From contig JBHGNT010000013.1 of the NCBI GenBank assembly GCA_043228905.1, positions 8,122,001 to 8,186,000 on the forward strand: 64,000 nucleotides of DNA. The letters are read 5' to 3'. Below the pieces are notes generated by a model that did no database searches, was not told the origin of the DNA, and saw nothing but the letters and a program-made list of their open reading frames with translations. A program made the position numbers and the translations under genes. This DNA comes from Azolla caroliniana. Its lineage: Eukaryota > Plantae > Polypodiophyta. Below, in pieces: positions 61,901 through 64,000 of the stretch (position 1 is the stretch's first letter; every line of letters starts with the position of its first letter).

Positions 61901-63378
61901 TGATGCATCGGATCGCCGATCCACCTTCGGTTACATGTTTTCTCTTGGTAGCGTAGCTGTTGCATGGAGTAGCAAAAAGCAGCCAACATTGGCTCTATCG
62001 AGCACTGAAGCTGAATACCGGGGCGCTACCAATGCCACCTATGAAGCCATCTGGCTTCGACGACTGCTGCGAGATCTCCAGATCGAGGTCCTAACCCCGA
62101 TCCTGATCCACTGTGACAACATGAGCAGCATATAGCTCACCAAGAACCCCGTATTCCATGCTTGAACGAAGCACATAGAAGTGCATTATCACTTCGTGCG
62201 TGAGCGTGTCCTAAGCGGTGAAGTCAAACTTCGGTATGTTTAGACGGATTAACAGGTTGCCGACATCTTCACCAAACCGCTCAGATCGGACAAGTTGCAG
62301 CACTTCTCGGAGATGCTCGGCATTCAGCATCTCGATGTGCCACACTTGAGTAGGAGAACATGAAAGGGATTGGATAGCACCAGACAAGGAGCCGGAGAGG
62401 AAGAAAGAATCAACAAAGGGGGAGACTAGAGGAAAAAGGGGGCCGAGTCGACGAAGGAAGTTGGCACATCTGAACAAGTCGGAACGAGCAACAGAGTCAA
62501 GAAGGACAGAGCCGACTGGAAGGAGAAGGGCAAGACCTAGACATGGTCTGACGTGGTGAAGGGCCTGAAACCGGAAGACAAATTGGAGAACACCGACTCG
62601 GAGAAGAGCAGGAACGAATCGGAGACAACCGATTCACTTCAATAGTTGGATTCGGAGGAGCCGGATTGACTAAAGGCCAAGAGAACATGGACGCAACGGA
62701 AGTTGATGCCAACACGAAGGAACCGACAGGTCGACAAGCGTCGGAGTCATAGTAGCGAGGGAGCTTATATGGGCCTGTTGAGCAGACAAGCCGACCGAGG
62801 AGGTTGAGGTGCGCAGAACCAGAAGGGTCACGACAAACAGGACCGGACCAGATGAGGAGCGCGAGCAAGGCGGAGCAATGCCAAAAGGAGCCAGGTAGAA
62901 GAACCGGCAGCCACAGACACTAACACCACGATCCGACCTCAAGTTGAGCTTGAGGGGGAGTGTTGAGCGAGCAAGCTTAACCGGATGCAATCGGTTGAAT
63001 AAGCGTGAGCCGGATTGGCATCTGGAAGGATGAGCCTGATCGGTATCCTGATGGTATCCGAAAAACAACCGACCGTATCGGAGAGTCGGATTCGAGCAGG
63101 AACCGGAAGCCTAATTGTCTTGTAGTTAGTGTCAGTTGCACGTAGGAATATTGAAGTACATGTCAGTCCTTTATGGACTTGTATAAAAGCGCTCTCTGAG
63201 CACATTCTATGCACAGAGTGTTTTTATTATTTTGAATCTACGTTTACGTTCTGCTCTCTCTATCTCTCCCGCGTATACTCTTTGTGTATTAAGCTTCCCC
63301 ATTAAACCTTCATCTTATTCTCTGTTGCTATCCGGTTGAGCCGGTTCTGTCTAACGCTTCCGCACGTTAACATTCACA
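58931..63378 (+). mobile_element. 5'-truncated Ale-like copia (B4), 3' LTR 62961-63378
   Basis: Begins at KRIGHVN; INT, RT and RNase H are degenerate; PPT ttgagggggag; LTR TGTTGAG..TTCACA. Confidence 0.88.
58967..59515 (+). mobile_element. Solo LTR, Tork-like (A-related)
   Basis: TGTTGGGAATATGTCCCTCC..CGACA flanked by a perfect TSD TTCAG (58962-58966, 59516-59520); removal restores NYWRLQNLQ. Confidence 0.92.
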
Positions 63379-64000
63379 ATATGGCTAGAACTATGATTAT
63401 ACCATAAAGGAGCCGACGACATATGGCGATGGATAGTTCGACAATACGAGAAAGAAGCAGTTTTGCGCGAGGCACATTGTGGTATTGCTGGCGGTCATTA
63501 TGCGGGAGAAAATTTGGAATAACGGTCTGTGGTGGCCGACTACCTCAAAAGACACAGTCGACTATTGTCGACAGTGCGATTTATGTCAGCGAACCGACCA
63601 ACGCACAGAAAAAGATAGGATGCCTCATCAACCGCAATTACCTTTGGAGCCATTCCAAAAATGGAGTCTCGACTTTGTTGGACCATTCAAACCAACAGTT
63701 GCGCGAACCGGGAATCGCTGTATTATAGTTGCCACTAACCATTGTACCAAGTGGGTTGAAGCCAAAGCACTTAAAGATAACATGGCGACATCCACAAGCA
63801 AATTTCTTTATGAGTCTATATGGTGTCGATTCGGTTGCCCAATCGAACTAGTAAGTGATTAGGGTACTCATTTTATAAATAAAATTGTACATGAGCTATC
63901 CCCTTATTACACAATGGTACATAAAAGAAGTATGTCGTACTATCCTCAAGGCAATGGATTGGCAGAATCGACAAACAAAACCTTACAAATGATTTTGTGA

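Larger units (their letters stand above)
54060..64000 (+). mobile_element. Decayed Athila/Tat-like gypsy (family G) interrupted by a LINE and copia B4
   Basis: Gag knuckle CYIC..YANQCP and QVITRSK (54147-54270); protease IVDDGLGVNVI (58030); RT start KDVFSWS..VKEEINKLL (58750-58930); integrase LREAHCG..CRQCDLCQ, WSLDFVGP, YPQGNGLAESTNK (63460-64000). Confidence 0.82.

Overview
Eukaryotic plant nuclear DNA, probably from a non-seed plant such as a fern (inferred from the TE lineages; not provable here). Most of the window is a multi-layer nest of LTR retrotransposons. It includes one young, intact Tnt1/Tork-like Ty1/copia (6108-11574, 1357-aa ORF, LTRs differing at 2 of 676 nt, TSD ATTTT) inside a decayed self-priming chromovirus (3286-13978), itself inside a decayed FLDD-type gypsy. 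It also holds several Ale-like copia copies, Athila/Tat-like gypsy remnants, solo LTRs, three LINE fragments and a tRNA-headed SINE-like element. One host gene can be assembled (5 exons, 48778-51417, about 690 aa, plastid-transit-like N-terminus, CURT1/TROL-like C-terminal membrane hairpin). The most notable signal is a coherent gypsy system. Its autonomous-type element (26417-33500, minus strand) has a tRNA-Trp PBS and a GGAUUUU plus stem-loop/pseudoknot -1 frameshift cassette between protease and RT. It has a Gag-only non-autonomous partner (23291-34752), and its 4-bp TSDs all begin ACG. Other highlights are Tf1-type self-priming, antisense tRNA-like A/B boxes in two unrelated LTRs, a copia-U3 module inside a gypsy LTR, and a heat-shock-element array in an LTR. 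All boundaries and alignments were read by eye; no database searches were run.
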